A stretch of 64,000 nt of DNA from the IMG/VR virus record IMGVR_UViG_3300021961_000020. One strand, given 5' to 3'. Below are positions 45,431-52,915 of the stretch, piece after piece. The translations under genes and the position numbers were made by a program. How positions within the stretch are numbered: the first letter of the stretch is position 1; each line of letters begins with the position of its first letter. Origin of the DNA: a virus. The notes under the pieces are model-generated. The model made no database searches. It was not told the DNA's origin and saw nothing but the letters and a program-made list of their open reading frames with translations.

Positions 45431-45598
45431 TCAACCTTTAGATGTACCGAGAATAGTTTTGATGGATACTACTTCTGCTGTAGGTTCCTCAGAAAGAAGA
45501 ACACGCTGAGCAGCAGCAGGAGAGTTTTTCATGATGGTTTTCTCTTTTTGAACACCATCTACAGTGTAAGTTACTACTTGTTGAAAATTGTTTGCCAT
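45431..45598 (-). CDS. Small beta-beta-alpha-beta protein, 55 aa (start re-assigned to 45598)
   Basis: MANNFQQVVTYTVDGVQKEKTIMKNSPAAAQRVLLSEEPTAEVVSIKTILGTSKG. Confidence 0.65.
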   Translation of the reverse strand: MANNFQQVVTYTVDGVQKEKTIMKNSPAAAQRVLLSEEPTAEVVSIKTILGTSKG

Positions 45599-45602
45599 GA
45601 GT

Positions 45603-46874
45603 TTATGCGAATGAATGAGCGGGGAGACCATCAACAAAGATGAGATCAATAACTTTCTGGAGACGATTTCTCGTTGCCAGTGATGCTTTGCCACAAAGAG
45701 GAACAGTTACAACACCGTGAGATTTACGGTACATTTGATACTGACCAGGGACAAGTTTGCCCTCCGCAATATCTTTTGCATCATCTTTATGTAGGCGAAT
45801 AACACGCCCAATAGTTTGTGCCATCTCAATGATGGGCAGATTACGCAGTAGAATAGTATGCGTCAGACCAGGCACATTGATACCCTCAGAGAGAATAGAA
45901 TAGTGGAAAACGATGAACTTTTTGTCATCATCACGACCCCATTCGTTGAGAGTCTCGAAGAACTTCTCACGACCAACTTTCTCACGGTTGACATATGCAC
46001 CGTGCTTGCTGGTGATGTGAAGAATGTCGTAACCCATCTCGTTGAGAGTGTCGAGAATGTCTGTACGAGAAAGCATCTGCCACAGCACACGAGTATTAGG
46101 TGCAGCAACAAGAACTTTAGCAGATTGTTCTGCATCAAGATCGTCAATGATGTTGAGCACCATCTCACGATCTACATCAGCAGCGTTATGCTTGTTACGC
46201 ACAAGTTCAGTCTCATGCACAACAAGTTGTGGGGGAATGATGCTACCATTGGCAACAAGTTCGGGAGCAGGAACAGTCTCCAGAGTATCACCGAAGACGA
46301 GTTTATTGTTCATGCCATTGGCATAAGGATTGCGAGAGAACTTGGGAGTCGCAGTAAAGAAGAAACTGTTATCTGCACTCATGGAAGTAGCAGCAACACC
46401 GACAAAGTGTGCTTTCTGAGTTGCATTGTGTGCCTCATCACAATACATCACATTGACAGCGATACCGCTATCAACAATGCGATGGAGACTGTGATAGGTA
46501 GTGAAGATCAGTTGATGCACATTAAGATTCTGACAAATCTCATTGTAACGAACAATGTTGTTTGCTTTGGTAGTCTTAACATGCACAGTCTCTCCACTGT
46601 GAACATGCATCACAGTAAAGTTCTCTTTGTAGACATACCTGTCAGTATGATCAAGATACTCCATGAACTCGGAGCAAAGTTGATTGGCAAGAAGAATACG
46701 AGGAGCAACAACAACAATAGTTTGTGCTTGTTCTGCATTATCAAGACGACGCACACAATCTTCCATCATGATGACAGTCTTGCCGCCACCAGTAGGAACA
46801 TAGACACAACCTTTCTGCGCGTCCTTGAGTGCATCAAGAGCGCGAGATTGGTGGGGTCGGAGAGTAAAAGGCAT
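45603..46874 (-). CDS. Superfamily 2 (DEAD/DEAH, ResIII-like) helicase
   Basis: Q-motif LRPHQ; Walker A PTGGGKT; VVAPRILLANQL; DEAH; TATP; ILSEGINVP; QTIGRVIR. Confidence 0.92.
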   Translation of the reverse strand: MPFTLRPHQSRALDALKDAQKGCVYVPTGGGKTVIMMEDCVRRLDNAEQAQTIVVVAPRILLANQLCSEFMEYLDHTDRYVYKENFTVMHVHSGETVHVKTTKANNIVRYNEICQNLNVHQLIFTTYHSLHRIVDSGIAVNVMYCDEAHNATQKAHFVGVAATSMSADNSFFFTATPKFSRNPYANGMNNKLVFGDTLETVPAPELVANGSIIPPQLVVHETELVRNKHNAADVDREMVLNIIDDLDAEQSAKVLVAAPNTRVLWQMLSRTDILDTLNEMGYDILHITSKHGAYVNREKVGREKFFETLNEWGRDDDKKFIVFHYSILSEGINVPGLTHTILLRNLPIIEMAQTIGRVIRLHKDDAKDIAEGKLVPGQYQMYRKSHGVVTVPLCGKASLATRNRLQKVIDLIFVDGLPAHSFA

Positions 46875-46894
46875 GTGTTTTTGTCGATGATGTA

Positions 46895-46953
46895 ATCATA
46901 GCAGGTCCAGATCCTTCCCAGACCGCATGGTGTGCGGTTTGTCTGCTGTCACA
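46895..46953 (-). promoter_or_regulatory. Early promoter P5: GTGACAGC-N7-ACCGCACAC, 29 nt, TATGAT
   Basis: Degenerate copy of the motif directly upstream of the helicase, with TG-extended -10. Confidence 0.6.
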
Positions 46954-47144
46954 GCGTCGAGCAGTGCCCGTTTGTTATAGTATTCAATCTCTCGCATATT
47001 ATATGCGCGATTTCTATCTTTTTCTGACATGATCTTGGTCGATTCTTCCCACCAAGGATGCTCATATTCCTTATTCATATTGATCTCTACCCACTCTTTG
47101 AGTGCAAAATAGCGATCTTTCCAGATTTGTGCCTCTTCAGTCAT
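46896..47144 (-). CDS. Hypothetical protein
   Basis: ORF with ATGA overlap to the DUF4385 stop codon. Confidence 0.5.
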   Translation of the reverse strand: MTEEAQIWKDRYFALKEWVEINMNKEYEHPWWEESTKIMSEKDRNRAYNMREIEYYNKRALLDAVTADKPHTMRSGKDLDLL

Positions 47145-47635
47145 TCTGCGTCTCTCCATTCTTTCCTCATTTTAACATATTCTGGGTCTGTTGCGACAAT
47201 ATCGCGCACAGTCTTAAAAATAGACGCTGCTTGTGCCTTTTCATTGGTCAAAGCATCTTTTTCTTGCGGAAGAATAGGTGCTCCTCCTCTATCACCAGTG
47301 TGATAGTAGGGAGGTTTGGTTGCATACTTCTGACCAGATTTATGATTAGCATAACGACGAGCGCGTGTGAATCCCATTTCTAGAAACTTACGGCACATAT
47401 CCATGCCAATAAAGTCTTTGTTCTCTTTATACATTGAGAACAGACCATAGATTGCGCGGGATGACTTTTCTGCTACTTCAATATTCCTGAATCTCCAATG
47501 TTCGCAAATAATGTGAGTGTAAGGGCGTACCAATAGCACTCCTTGCTCTCCCCTTCCAATACGATAAAGTCCACGAATTTCTGGATCTGTAAAGTCAAGA
47601 TTCTCATAATCGAGATCATAATCAAACTCTTTCAT
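47141..47635 (-). CDS. DUF4385 family protein
   Basis: FDYDLDY..LDF.....RGLYRIGRGEQGVLLVRPY...IC.HWRF...DFIGMDMCRKFLEMGFTRARRYANHKSG. Confidence 0.85.
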   Translation of the reverse strand: MKEFDYDLDYENLDFTDPEIRGLYRIGRGEQGVLLVRPYTHIICEHWRFRNIEVAEKSSRAIYGLFSMYKENKDFIGMDMCRKFLEMGFTRARRYANHKSGQKYATKPPYYHTGDRGGAPILPQEKDALTNEKAQAASIFKTVRDIVATDPEYVKMRKEWRDAE

Positions 47636-47801
47636 CAAATGCCTCAGGATAAGCAATGGGTTGAAGTTTGGTCAGAATGTTACTAAGTTGATAATACTCA
47701 GGACTATCAATAGGAGCACCAAGTAAGGTCTTTTGATACTTCCTACATGCATGAAACATCAGTCTAAGATCATCAGTTGTGAAGTTTTGCAAGTCTAACA
47801 T
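47622..47801 (-). CDS. Hypothetical protein, 59 aa (not in ORF track)
   Basis: MLDLQNFTTDDLRLMFHACRKYQKTLLGAPIDSPEYYQLSNILTKLQPIAYPEAFDERV. Confidence 0.55.
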   Translation of the reverse strand: MLDLQNFTTDDLRLMFHACRKYQKTLLGAPIDSPEYYQLSNILTKLQPIAYPEAFDERV

Positions 47802-47965
47802 TAATCATACTCCTTGTCATTAAGATAACGAATGACCGCTAATACTCTTTCGTTTGGATATAGATGTCTGATGTATTGTTCTGCATCTTCATAATCAATA
47901 GCATCAGTCACATCATGATAACGAGTGCAATGGAATTGCTCGTCCCAGGTTTCTACTGAATACAT
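47801..47965 (-). CDS. Small hypothetical protein (start re-assigned to 47965)
   Basis: MYSVETWDEQFHCTRYHDVTDAIDYEDAEQYIRHLYPNERVLAV. Confidence 0.6.
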   Translation of the reverse strand: MYSVETWDEQFHCTRYHDVTDAIDYEDAEQYIRHLYPNERVLAVIRYLNDKEYD

Positions 47966-47966
47966 T

Positions 47967-48191
47967 TTACTCGAAGATAGGTTTAACTGGAGGATTCCAT
48001 TCATCTCTCACTGCTTTCATCACATGTTTGGGAACACCATAATAACCCATGTGCATCCAAATGCAGTCAATATAGCGCAAATCTTCACGATCCGCGTCAA
48101 GAGTGAAAGCATCACAATACTGGACGATATCATAAGGAACTTGGACCTTTTTCCAGGTGATAGGTTCTTCAATAAAGAATGGTACGGTCAT
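47967..48191 (-). CDS. Cyanophage hypothetical protein
   Basis: PFFIEEPITWKKV.VPYDIVQYCD...DLRYIDCIWMHMGYYGVP. Confidence 0.65.
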   Translation of the reverse strand: MTVPFFIEEPITWKKVQVPYDIVQYCDAFTLDADREDLRYIDCIWMHMGYYGVPKHVMKAVRDEWNPPVKPIFE

Positions 48192-48336
48192 TTCTTATAG
48201 TGAATGATGTAATTGTTTTGCTCTCAATATGGGCAAGACATGATTCTAACACAAACCATTCAGAAGCGTATGAATCAACTCTGTGCTCTGAGATAGAACC
48301 ATCCACATATTTTACCCTAATGAGATACTTATTCAT
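48169..48336 (-). CDS. Hypothetical protein, 55 aa (not in ORF track)
   Basis: MNKYLIRVKYVDGSISEHRVDSYASEWFVLESCLAHIESKTITSFTIRNDRTILY. Confidence 0.5.
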   Translation of the reverse strand: MNKYLIRVKYVDGSISEHRVDSYASEWFVLESCLAHIESKTITSFTIRNDRTILY

Positions 48337-48704
48337 TCAGGATCTGATTTGTTAAATGCCACTGAACTCTCAGGATGACACCATTCATCATGCTGTGCCA
48401 TTGCTTCTTTGAGTGCTTCTGTTACATTCTCTTTGAAAGAACGATAAGGAATGAACAACTCATCATCCTCAGTCTTATAGTCCTGGTGTGTTTCTTTGAA
48501 CTTACGATCTACATCATACAGGAGATTTGATACGATGTCATTGATGACTTCAATAGACTTTGCGGTAAGTCCGTTCCAGGATGTATTGGGGAACATATCA
48601 TCCTTGACACGATCTAGCAGTGCTTTCTTACAATGCCACTGACTATCAAAGATTTGGGTAAATGCTTCCCAGTCATGTTGGGATTTGAAATGTGGGATAC
48701 TCAT
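48333..48704 (-). CDS. Cyanophage hypothetical protein
   Basis: MSIPHFKSQHDWEAFTQIFDSQWHCKKALLDRVKDDMFP. Confidence 0.65.
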   Translation of the reverse strand: MSIPHFKSQHDWEAFTQIFDSQWHCKKALLDRVKDDMFPNTSWNGLTAKSIEVINDIVSNLLYDVDRKFKETHQDYKTEDDELFIPYRSFKENVTEALKEAMAQHDEWCHPESSVAFNKSDPE

Positions 48705-48946
48705 TTTTTCTCCTTAACTACTTGATTCCATGCTTCTTTAAACTTACGATCCCAGTTGTCAGTATAAACGGGGAGGAAAGCATTGAGAGCAAGAGATACA
48801 TCTACCATTTTATCATAGTTATTGCTATCTACTGCTTCTTGTAGTTGTTCCATCATAAAACTGATGGAATTGATGTTGGAAAATGCTTCTTCCAACTTGT
48901 TCATCACATCCCAGTGTTCAGAGATTTGGTTGTTCATAAGGTACAT
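48701..48946 (-). CDS. Hypothetical protein
   Basis: WDVMNKLEEAFSNINSISFMMEQLQEA...NWDRKF.EAW. Confidence 0.6.
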   Translation of the reverse strand: MYLMNNQISEHWDVMNKLEEAFSNINSISFMMEQLQEAVDSNNYDKMVDVSLALNAFLPVYTDNWDRKFKEAWNQVVKEKK

Positions 48947-49298
48947 CCTTCACAGATTGAATAATGCCGTTGTCAAATAGAATTAACTTTCTAGGAAATG
49001 GTGCATAGTAAGCATCCCACTTTGCGGGGTAAATCTCAATGACCTTGAATATACTAATTGCTCTAACTACTCCATGTCGTCCATTGGGAACAGTTTTGAA
49101 TAGATTCCATGGAGTATTTCTTTCTTCTTTTGGTACATCAACAAAGTCATGAGTTCCAGAGTAATCAACTTCAAATAATTCACCAGCAGGACTAATCCAA
49201 TACTCACACATACAACACTCTAGATCTTTCGTCTGCAAGTCCTTTGAGAATCCAGGACCGAGATCATACGATGATCTAACAGTGTCGTACATGCCCAT
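48918..49298 (-). CDS. Conserved phage hypothetical protein
   Basis: MGMYDTVRSSY.LG...DLQTKDLEC.M.EYWISPAG.LFE. Confidence 0.7.
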   Translation of the reverse strand: MGMYDTVRSSYDLGPGFSKDLQTKDLECCMCEYWISPAGELFEVDYSGTHDFVDVPKEERNTPWNLFKTVPNGRHGVVRAISIFKVIEIYPAKWDAYYAPFPRKLILFDNGIIQSVKDVPYEQPNL

Positions 49299-49299
49299 G

Positions 49300-50004
49300 T
49301 TACTGATAAATGTGAAACATCATTCCATGATAACCAGAATTGTACTTTTTGCCAGATCCTTTCATCTGTAGGTGAAACAATTTGTCACCATCAAAAGTAC
49401 GAAACTCAAGAGTCGTGTTATTTAGTTTCCATTCACCAGTTTGAGTCAGTTTGTCAAGATCTGCAATAGAAATGAACTTAACATTGTTAGTCTTTTTGTT
49501 ACGCCAGATCATCGTAGAGACAGGATAACCATCATCAAGACCACGACGCACAATGACATCGAATATATCCATCTTATTGGCGTTCATAAACCCCAGGAAG
49601 GCGTCTTTAATGTGCTGAGGGATATTCTCTGCATAGACGCGATTCTGACGCTTCTCAGCGTCACTCAGGGCAATGTCCTTATACTGAAGGTGAACCAAAG
49701 ACATACCAAGATTGTTAGGCATGCCAAAGAACATCCTAATGAAAGACTCACAATCAGTACCCTGAAGTCCGAAATGCTCAACAAACTTACGGGAAGAGAG
49801 TAAGGCAACTTGGGTGTGATTCTTGCTGACATTCTTGACAGAATAGGCAATACCTGAATCGTTGTCATAAACATCAACCTTAGTCGCAGGACGACCGTCA
49901 GTTACATGATCGCCACCGAACAATTCATTCAGATAAGCAGGCAAATCGTCCTCATATTTGTGACCCTCTGCCTTTGCTAGTCGTCCCGCTTCGATAGCGT
50001 TCAT
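49300..50004 (-). CDS. PD-(D/E)xK endonuclease, HinP1I/MspI-like
   Basis: GRLAKAEGHKYE (E18)...TKVD...YSVK...TQV...F.HLQMKGSG; resembles HinP1I along its length as recalled; has a GGAGG Shine-Dalgarno and its own early promoter. Confidence 0.7.
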   Translation of the reverse strand: MNAIEAGRLAKAEGHKYEDDLPAYLNELFGGDHVTDGRPATKVDVYDNDSGIAYSVKNVSKNHTQVALLSSRKFVEHFGLQGTDCESFIRMFFGMPNNLGMSLVHLQYKDIALSDAEKRQNRVYAENIPQHIKDAFLGFMNANKMDIFDVIVRRGLDDGYPVSTMIWRNKKTNNVKFISIADLDKLTQTGEWKLNNTTLEFRTFDGDKLFHLQMKGSGKKYNSGYHGMMFHIYQ

Positions 50005-50025
50005 GTGTCCTCCGTTGATGCTCTT

Positions 50026-50084
50026 ATTATAGCAGCATCAGCAGGGTGTGGTCACTTTTTGGTCCGCTTCTTGAACTGTCCACC
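50026..50084 (-). promoter_or_regulatory. Early promoter P6: GTGGACAGT-N7-GCGGAC, about 29 nt, TATAAT
   Basis: Motif copy upstream of the nuclease; TGCTATAAT extended -10. Confidence 0.7.
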
Positions 50085-51452
50085 CATAATTGGATCTAAT
50101 CTAATCTCTCCATGCTTCTCAGGAGGATCGATCAATGGAGACATGAGAGGAAACTTATGTGCATAAGGTGCGCCTAATCCATATGCTGCCTGAACAAAAC
50201 TTTGATATGCTCCTAACATTCTGTAGGGTTCATCTGAGTCAGGAGACATTCTCTGACGCAGGAAGTATTCATCCTCTGCTTGTCTCCTAAAGTAATCAAG
50301 TCTGATATTCTCATGGCGGGGAATCTGCGCAAGTTTCTCATACACTTCAGCACGATTGAGAGAGTGCAGTTGATGATTCTCCAGAAGTGCGCATGCACTC
50401 AGTCTAGTCTGCTCCCAGAACTTTGACTTGTATCTAGAACCAAACTGCATGTAAAATGCCATGACAGTGGCAGTATCAACCTGACTATCTTCCCATCTCT
50501 CCTCTACCTCAAGTCTGTGGAAGTTTGATTGCTGTCTATCAGGATCATAGAACAAATACTCTCCAAGAGCATTAGCAATATCAGACTCAGTGTAACTATT
50601 GAAACCAGTGAAGTCGTCGTTAATACCTAACGCACGACCACATCTTGCGTATTTGTTATTCTTGTGAATGGCATACTCAGATACTTTATGATCCGATTCG
50701 TTCTTTCTATAAGAACAATGCTTCTTAACTTCACAGTGAGCATTAAAGTCTGCTACTGCTTCTTCTTCAGTTGTAATATCACTATCGTAAGAATAGATCC
50801 ATGTTTGTGCATCTTGTGTGGGAATACCAGTTAAGTAACCATGCTCACATGCAACATGCACAGTATAATCCCACTCACCAGGCAACTTACGATTAACTGT
50901 CAGTTTTGTATCTGTTGGGTTGAAATATGCATCTTTATATGCTTTCTTATCCCATAGTGCTCCCTTCACACAATCAATAACAAAACTGTATGCTTCACCA
51001 TCGATGTATGCATTGTCATCATCAAAAGTGAGTGACTTAATTCTCTTATCAATCAGTTTTACTTTACGATGCTGATTGGTAACATTCTCCCAGAAGAAGT
51101 CAACAAACTTACCTTCATCAAAGTGCAATCCAATTTCAGTGGGATCAAACATTGTATAGAAGTTCTTGTCTCTACGATTACCGAGACCAACAAACTTCAT
51201 GCCAAGTTTTTGTACTGCATCAAATCTTTGATAATAGTCGATTGCACTAATTGTGGTGTTTTGAGCAACAGAAGTAACCCAAATTGGACTCGTTTGGACT
51301 CCGAAATTGGGAACTTGATGAGAGCAATCCCGTATCCATGTAATTTCGTCATCTTGATATACACTATCCTGAAGGTCTCTATGACTGATAAGTTGAACCA
51401 GAGTGATCACAGCATCTGCACCAGCACCAATAATAGCAATTTTTCTACTCAT
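50052..51452 (-). CDS. Divergent tryptophan-halogenase-like flavoprotein
   Basis: N-terminal Rossmann KIAIIGAGAD; LHFDEGKF; YSFVIDC.G; GYLTGIP; Y.FGSRY.S.FW, resembling cyanophage PrnA-like proteins. Confidence 0.65.
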   Translation of the reverse strand: MSRKIAIIGAGADAVITLVQLISHRDLQDSVYQDDEITWIRDCSHQVPNFGVQTSPIWVTSVAQNTTISAIDYYQRFDAVQKLGMKFVGLGNRRDKNFYTMFDPTEIGLHFDEGKFVDFFWENVTNQHRKVKLIDKRIKSLTFDDDNAYIDGEAYSFVIDCVKGALWDKKAYKDAYFNPTDTKLTVNRKLPGEWDYTVHVACEHGYLTGIPTQDAQTWIYSYDSDITTEEEAVADFNAHCEVKKHCSYRKNESDHKVSEYAIHKNNKYARCGRALGINDDFTGFNSYTESDIANALGEYLFYDPDRQQSNFHRLEVEERWEDSQVDTATVMAFYMQFGSRYKSKFWEQTRLSACALLENHQLHSLNRAEVYEKLAQIPRHENIRLDYFRRQAEDEYFLRQRMSPDSDEPYRMLGAYQSFVQAAYGLGAPYAHKFPLMSPLIDPPEKHGEIRLDPIMGGQFKKRTKK

Positions 51453-51481
51453 CAGTCTTCAGAAATCTTTCTATTCGTCGT

Positions 51482-51488
51482 TATTTAG
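51482..51488 (-). promoter_or_regulatory. T4-like late promoter (CTAAATA) for the halogenase-like gene
   Basis: CTAAATAA about 30 nt upstream of the ATG at 51452, overlapping the upstream stop codon. Confidence 0.5.
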
Positions 51489-51637
51489 TTCAGAACAGGT
51501 AAAATGTCATAACTCTCGATTCCCTGCTTCTTCAGTTCTTCAATCCACCAAAGAACATCCTCTTGATTGTAAAAGACTGCTTTCTGAAAGGATGAATAAC
51601 CTTTCTTGGGACGCTTCCACTCAACTGCAAATTTCAT
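51485..51637 (-). CDS. Conserved cyanophage hypothetical protein, 50 aa (start re-assigned)
   Basis: MKFAVEWKRPKKGYSSFQKAVFYNQEDVLWWIEELKKQG. Confidence 0.65.
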   Translation of the reverse strand: MKFAVEWKRPKKGYSSFQKAVFYNQEDVLWWIEELKKQGIESYDILPVLN

Positions 51638-51677
51638 ACTCAAAGCTATACTTGTGGTGATCTTTGACAAAGATAGT

Positions 51678-52856
51678 CTACTTGGAATCCCAGGACTTGT
51701 CAACCGTGATGTTAGCAAGACGAAACTCATCGTCAACAAACTTCATCATGGACTTGTCATTGTGGACGACATAACCTTCAGGAGAAGTAGGATTGCGACC
51801 GATGAAGGTTTGGATGTTACCAACTTTGTTGAGTTGAGTAATAACCATCTTCTTAGCAGTACGGATAGAGATATATGCAGCAATCAGGAAATAGAGTTCT
51901 TTCTGATGATGAGAGATGAACATGAGACCATTGACTTTCATGTCATCATACTTATTCTGTGCAGCAAGAGTCTTCTTCTTTGCTTTCTCTGCATCAAGAG
52001 TCTGTCTGTAGAATACAGCAAACTCAGCAATGATCTTCTTGGTGTCAAGAACACCGCGACCAGAACGAATACGCTGATTGAAGAAACGCTTGAGTAGCAG
52101 ATTCATCATGAAAGTAGTTTGTCCCTCAGTTTGAATAAGATCGAGGAACTTAGAGCATTGCTTCAGCGCACCATTTGCTTTGTTGATGTGTGTGTTGAAG
52201 AGGAACACATCGCCTGCATCAAATAGAGCAGCACCAGTGGCATCAACAAAATTCGCACTGGCAACATAAACATCTTGAGTGCAAAGATACTTAGGTGCTT
52301 TCTTCTGCGGTACAACTTGTGCAGTCTGTAGAGTATCGCCCTTGTAAATCGTATGAAACACGATGCCAACCTTGGCGAGATGCACCGCATTACCTTCTCT
52401 GGAATTACGATTAACAGCGTAAGTGATAGTATTAGGAGTAAAGCAAATAACTCGCTTTCCACCGACAACACCGCTTCTCTTATCTTCTTGAGTGAAGAGT
52501 AGGTCACCTTGAACAATACCTGTGATGTTGAGTTGAGGTAGATACTTGAGGCAATCTTTGAGTTTGCTTGCAAGTTGACCAGTGTAGAAACGATCTACAT
52601 CGGTGTCATCAAAACAAATCTTTGGATTGACTTTATTGAACACAGACTTAGTGCCAACAAAGAAACGACCGCTGATGGGTTCCGTGCCACAAACAACGGC
52701 AGGAGCACCATCCCACTTTGTAGTGATACTCAAATCACTATCTTTGCCAGACAACATGTCACTGAACTGACGCAGGAAGTTGATAACATTGAACCCGCCA
52801 GCGGTGCCGCTGTTCAGGATCTCGTCTTCCAGGTGCTCTAGGTGAGTGTTCTTCAT
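51678..52856 (-). CDS. DUF6267-like protein; putative ligase-fold nucleotidyltransferase (start re-assigned to 52856)
   Basis: MKNTHLEHLEDEIL...ITTKWDGAPA...FFVGTKSVFNK...QGDLLFT...FTPNTITY...PEGYVV...KFV. Confidence 0.75.
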   Translation of the reverse strand: MKNTHLEHLEDEILNSGTAGGFNVINFLRQFSDMLSGKDSDLSITTKWDGAPAVVCGTEPISGRFFVGTKSVFNKVNPKICFDDTDVDRFYTGQLASKLKDCLKYLPQLNITGIVQGDLLFTQEDKRSGVVGGKRVICFTPNTITYAVNRNSREGNAVHLAKVGIVFHTIYKGDTLQTAQVVPQKKAPKYLCTQDVYVASANFVDATGAALFDAGDVFLFNTHINKANGALKQCSKFLDLIQTEGQTTFMMNLLLKRFFNQRIRSGRGVLDTKKIIAEFAVFYRQTLDAEKAKKKTLAAQNKYDDMKVNGLMFISHHQKELYFLIAAYISIRTAKKMVITQLNKVGNIQTFIGRNPTSPEGYVVHNDKSMMKFVDDEFRLANITVDKSWDSK

Positions 52857-52862
52857 GCTCTT

Positions 52863-52915
52863 ATTATAGGTCCTGACAGGGGTTGTGGGGTGCTCAGTGT
52901 GCCACTTCTTCATTT
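52863..52915 (-). promoter_or_regulatory. Early promoter P7: ...AAGTGGCACAC, 28 nt, TATAAT
   Basis: Half-conserved motif upstream of DUF6267; the AATAAGAGCAT downstream of the -10 is shared with P6. Confidence 0.6.

Noticed and set aside
45858-46895. 345-aa plus-strand ORF
   Set aside because: It is the antisense shadow of the SF2 helicase.
51606-52097. 163-aa plus-strand ORF and similar short plus-strand ORFs throughout the window
   Set aside because: They overlap well-supported minus-strand genes and show no independent evidence.
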